Shown here piece after piece: positions 60,195-64,000 of a stretch of 64,000 nucleotides of DNA. The notes beneath the pieces were generated by a model. That model did not search any database. It was given only the letters and a program-made list of their open reading frames with translations, and was not told the origin of the DNA. The DNA is from an uncultured Nitrospiraceae bacterium. GTDB lineage: Bacteria; Nitrospirota; Thermodesulfovibrionia; Thermodesulfovibrionales; Dissulfurispiraceae. Both the position numbers and the translations under genes were made by a program. Positions within the stretch are counted from its first letter, which is position 1, and every line of letters begins with the position of its first letter. The stretch spans positions 96,001 to 160,000 of the forward strand of contig CAVPIW010000007.1 of assembly GCA_963705105.1 (NCBI GenBank). The letters are read 5' to 3'.

Positions 60195-60839
60195 TTAAAC
60201 GCCGAGGGCGCTGCAGACTTTCCCGAAGATATCGTCGATGCTCCCGGTGCCTGCGACGGATTTCAGGATTCCCTTGTTCTTGTAATAATCGAAGAGGGGA
60301 GCCGTCTGGGCGGTGTAGACGTCGAGTCTCTTCTTGATCGTCGCCTCCTTGTCGTCGTCCCTCTGGAAGAGCTCTCCTCCGCACTTGTCACAGACGCCAT
60401 CCTTCTTGGGCGCCGAGAAGTACAGATTATACATCTGTCCGCAGGCCTTGCATGTCCTCCGGCCTGTCAGCCTCTTCATGAGGTCCTCCATGGGGACATC
60501 GACGCTGAGCGCGGCCGTCAACGGCATGCTCAGTCCCGCGAGCATCTTGTCGAGGGCCTCAGCCTGGGCGGTGTTTCTGGGGAAACCATCGAGGATGTAT
60601 CCCTTTTTGCAGTCGTCCTTTTTCAGTCTCTCTTCGACCATACCGAGGACGACGCTGTCCGGCACCAGTTCACCCTTATCCATATAGGACTTCGCTTCTT
60701 TTCCGAGCGCCGTCCCTGCACCCACAGCCGCCCTGAGAAGATCGCCCGTGGATATCTGGGGAATGGGGTACTTATCGACAAGCTTTTTCGCCTGAGTTCC
60801 CTTGCCTGCACCAGGTGCACCGAGAAGGACTAATCTCAT
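60195..60839 (-). CDS. adk: Adenylate kinase (Zn-lid type)
   Basis: 'GAPGAGKGTQ', 'LDGFPR', CxxC...CxxC lid. Confidence 0.98.
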   Translation of the reverse strand: MRLVLLGAPGAGKGTQAKKLVDKYPIPQISTGDLLRAAVGAGTALGKEAKSYMDKGELVPDSVVLGMVEERLKKDDCKKGYILDGFPRNTAQAEALDKMLAGLSMPLTAALSVDVPMEDLMKRLTGRRTCKACGQMYNLYFSAPKKDGVCDKCGGELFQRDDDKEATIKKRLDVYTAQTAPLFDYYKNKGILKSVAGTGSIDDIFGKVCSALGV

Positions 60840-60934
60840 GGAAGAACCTCCAAGTGGAATTATTTTGAGGCATCTATAAATTACTGAAAAGGAAAAATTA
60901 ATGCAATTTTAAAATTTAAATCAGCACATTAAAA

Positions 60935-61540
60935 TTACTTATATTCCTGTTCATGAAGGCCTGTCAGATATTGCTTCAGCTGTTCAAGCGCCATTCTGCG
61001 GTGGCTGAGAGCGTCTTTTTCATCGGGTGACATTTCTGCGAAGGTCCTGGCGTGTCCCCGGGGGAAAAAGACTGGGTCATAACCGAAACCGGACCTGCCC
61101 CGGGACTCACGGGCAATGGTTCCCTCCGCTAAACCCCGGAATAATACAACGTTCCCTTCCGGAAATGCAAGGGCGAGACAACACACGAACCGGGCGCCTC
61201 TTGAGCCGTCTGCGACGCCCTTCATCTCATCAAGGAGTTTGACAATGTTGGCCTCGTCACCGGCGCACTCACCGGCATATCTGGACGAGTAGACACCCGG
61301 AGCGCCTCCCAGGGCATCCACCTCGAGCCCCGAATCGTCGGCGACGGACAGGCGCTGCGAACAAAGTGCCGTCTCGACGGCCTTTTTCGTCGCATTGCCC
61401 TCAAAGGTGTCCCTGTCCTCCGCGACATCGGTGCATGCCGGAAATGCATCGACGGAAAGTACGGTCACATCGACACTGCGGAGCATCCGCTCCAGTTCTT
61501 CTACCTTTTTTCTGTTCCTGGTGGCGAGAACGATGTCCAT
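60935..61540 (-). CDS. rdgB: dITP/XTP pyrophosphatase
   Basis: 'LATRN.KK', 'ADDSGL', 'FGYDP', 'SHR'. Confidence 0.95.
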   Translation of the reverse strand: MDIVLATRNRKKVEELERMLRSVDVTVLSVDAFPACTDVAEDRDTFEGNATKKAVETALCSQRLSVADDSGLEVDALGGAPGVYSSRYAGECAGDEANIVKLLDEMKGVADGSRGARFVCCLALAFPEGNVVLFRGLAEGTIARESRGRSGFGYDPVFFPRGHARTFAEMSPDEKDALSHRRMALEQLKQYLTGLHEQEYK

Positions 61541-61728
61541 GGTCCGTTAGCGGGCACGCATCGGCTCATGCCGGCGAACCGGCGCAGCGCGGAATGGAGA
61601 TTGATGAAACCGGGTTATGGAATAGAGGCCCAGCAAAACGAAGTAAGATAGCATTCCGGGCAGGCAAAATGCAAATCCCGCAAGGCCTGAGTTGACAATC
61701 ACCGGAGGCATTGTTTAAGCTAAACATC

Positions 61729-61805
<77 letters not shown>

Positions 61806-62115
61806 AAGAAAATCAGAGGGTTACCGGTCCGGTAGCCCTTTCTTTTTGGCAGTTCTTTCTAAAGGATTTCTAACGAAGCCGAGAGTTCCTTCCAAGAGAC
61901 CTGCTTGCTGCCTGTCAAATTCCATGTCCTCAAACAGGTGAGAGGTGGTCCCCGAAGATCAGACAGTCGTTATGAAGGTGTAAAATGCGCGTCTGGAGAG
62001 GGCTCACCGAGATGAGCAGGAGTTGCTGCAGACCGGCCGGTCCGACGCAGGCATGGGCGCGATCCGTGTCGTCAGGGCACAGGCGACAATCCCGCGCAGC
62101 GCCGCGACAGAAGTT

Positions 62116-62349
62116 CTACTCTTGCTGTTCGACGTACTCAATCCCGTTTGATCTCAGACAATGTCGATAAATGATCTCATAGACGAACTCATCCCTGTCA
62201 GATCTCTTTTCTGCTTCCGCCGAACACCGCGCTATTACCACTCTCGGGCGGTACTCATACCAGCTAAAGGCTCCGCCCATAACAAGAAGCAGAAGAATAA
62301 CGAGTCCTGCAAATAAACCTTTTGAAGTTCCTGATTTTTGCTTCATCAC
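62116..62349 (-). CDS. Small hypothetical membrane-anchored protein with two Cys
   Basis: One TM helix then 'RC.....Y.HCLR..G'. Confidence 0.6.
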   Translation of the reverse strand: MMKQKSGTSKGLFAGLVILLLLVMGGAFSWYEYRPRVVIARCSAEAEKRSDRDEFVYEIIYRHCLRSNGIEYVEQQE

Positions 62350-62727
62350 AGCCCGGCCGGTCTGGGGCGGGCGCAGACATGCGCGCGGCCGATCTCCGGC
62401 GTCACTGTCTTTTCCGCATAACGGTTCGGGCGTTCTTTGGGAGCATCGATGGTCACCAACTCAAGACCCTCGTCGATTCTATTGCATTGTTTGTGACAAG
62501 ATGAAACAATCCATGAACAGAGGGCCATGAGTTATCTCCTATAGAGGAAGGATTCTGCAGAGGAAGGATTTTGCCGCTTTGTTTTAGTTTAGCACACACC
62601 GCTAATTAACTCACTGCAATAAAAAACCCCGGCCTCCATCTTTCCTGATCATCGACTCCGGACTACCCCGCATCTCTGCTTCGATATGTGGTACCATGAA
62701 ACGAAAGATCACAGACCGGAGGGAAAT

Positions 62728-63597
62728 ATGAGAAGATCATTACTCATACAGGTCTTGTCAGCCGCATTCTTATTTGTCGTGGCCCTTTGTTCATCCGGCG
62801 ATGCAGTATGGTCCGGTGTCACATGGGACCAACCGGCAGGACCAACCGATCATGGCCTGAGAGTTTCGTCATCGGGCACTCCTCTCCATCTTGCGAAAAA
62901 GAGACCTGCGCACACCGAAAACGATATCCCTGAAAGTTCGCAGCCTGCAAAACAGGCAGATGCTCCATCGCAGGATAGGGGTGGGCTTGTCGACCCCCGC
63001 GACGGGGGCCTTGATGTCGCCCTGGGCGAATGGGCCGTTATCCTCGAAGCTGATACGATCCGTCCCGGAACCGTTACCTTTATTGTCCGTAACAGCGGCG
63101 CCCGTGCGCACGGCTTCCGAATCAGGTCGGAAGGGGGGCGCGGCAGGGACCGCTTTGAAGCGCGGACGGAACTCATTCAGCCGGGCGGGTCGTCAAAGCT
63201 GACCGTTGATCTGAAAAGCGGTTCCTACCGGGTGGATTGTTTCGTCGAAGAACCGGGAGTGGGAGACCACGCCGCCCTCGGGATGAGAGGCCTGCTGACG
63301 GTGAGGCCCGATGCCCCTTTCCTGTCGACGAAAGCCCCTGTCGCTGACACGGCCGTATCCATCGAAGGATTTGTCTTCTCCCCGCAGACCCTGAAGATAC
63401 AGGCGGGATCGACAGTCGTCTGGACAAACAGGGACCCCGCTCCGCATACGGTGACGGCGGATGATGGGACCTTCGATTCCGGGATGCTCCAGTCCGGGGC
63501 AACATTCAGAAGGACCTTCGAAAAAGCCGGCACCTTCCGCTACACGTGCACGATCCATCCTTCCATGAAGGGCGTTGTGGAAGTCGCAGCGCCATAG
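62728..63597 (+). CDS. Exported protein with two cupredoxin (type-1 Cu) domains
   Basis: Signal peptide after GGAGG; 'AHGF...CFVEEPGVGDHAALGM' and 'PHTV...CTIHPSM' ligand sets. Confidence 0.85.
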   Translation: MRRSLLIQVLSAAFLFVVALCSSGDAVWSGVTWDQPAGPTDHGLRVSSSGTPLHLAKKRPAHTENDIPESSQPAKQADAPSQDRGGLVDPRDGGLDVALGEWAVILEADTIRPGTVTFIVRNSGARAHGFRIRSEGGRGRDRFEARTELIQPGGSSKLTVDLKSGSYRVDCFVEEPGVGDHAALGMRGLLTVRPDAPFLSTKAPVADTAVSIEGFVFSPQTLKIQAGSTVVWTNRDPAPHTVTADDGTFDSGMLQSGATFRRTFEKAGTFRYTCTIHPSMKGVVEVAAP

Positions 63598-63624
63598 AGC
63601 GCGAGCCCTCCCTCTGCGGGCCGA

Positions 63625-64000
63625 ACTTGCGGAAAAGGCGGGGCGAAGCACTTCAAGACCTTGCTGAAGGCTACGATGCCTCGGGAAAGGCAAATATGGT
63701 TCAAAGCCTTTCCAATGCGATGATGAGGACCATTTCGGCAGGTGCACCGAAAGGCAGGGCAAAGCGCCTCAAAGCCTCGCTGATAGCGAGCATGATTGGT
63801 TATTATTGGTTGTGAAGATTTCATCCTTTGTATTATCAACAGTTGTGCTTCCATGCTCTCAACGGGACGGCAGCGGTTTCGCAGCACCGATGCTTTTCGG
63901 TGCTTCACCCCGCCTTTCGGTCCGGCGTATGAGGCAACGTGTCCATCTCAGGGTGTTCAGCGCCTGCTGCCTGACGGGCTTTTGGTATCAATCGACACGG
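63625..64000 (-). repeat. Modular inverted-repeat element copy L (nested type, runs off the window)
   Basis: GAAAAGGCGGGGCGAAGC right end; interior is the reverse complement of 38741-39035. Confidence 0.9.

Overview
High-GC anaerobe chromosome segment, probably from a sulfate-reducing or sulfur-disproportionating Nitrospirota (Thermodesulfovibrionia-like) bacterium; the taxonomy is inferred from gene content only. From left to right: the 3' end of a type I restriction R gene at the edge of an island integrated at tRNA-Val(CAC); an autoregulated lexA-dinB cassette; housekeeping genes (ispF, ispD, PIN/TRAM, degP, selB, hisH, comEC, glmM-cdaR-cdaA); an accessory block (large SdrD-B-repeat exported protein, vapBC, RelE-like/SF1 helicase/ankyrin protein); and an 18-kb sigma-54-controlled locus probably for sulfur oxyanions. 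That locus holds an Fe-S protein, a cytoplasmic Phs/Psr-like Mo enzyme, a split TSUP transporter, an NtrC-type regulator, twin decaheme OTR-like cytochromes, a histidine kinase and a double PhnD-like lipoprotein. It is followed by murJ, prmC-prfA-rpmE, a full adk-sat-aprBA-qmoABC-hppA cluster, rdgB, tRNA-fMet and a two-domain cupredoxin. The most unusual DNA-level signal is a family of about 12 non-coding intergenic elements (80-590 bp). They share terminal inverted repeats but carry different combinations of a small set of internal modules, and include an empty form and a nested form. They sit among several other short repeat families. All calls were made by eye, without database searches or folding software.
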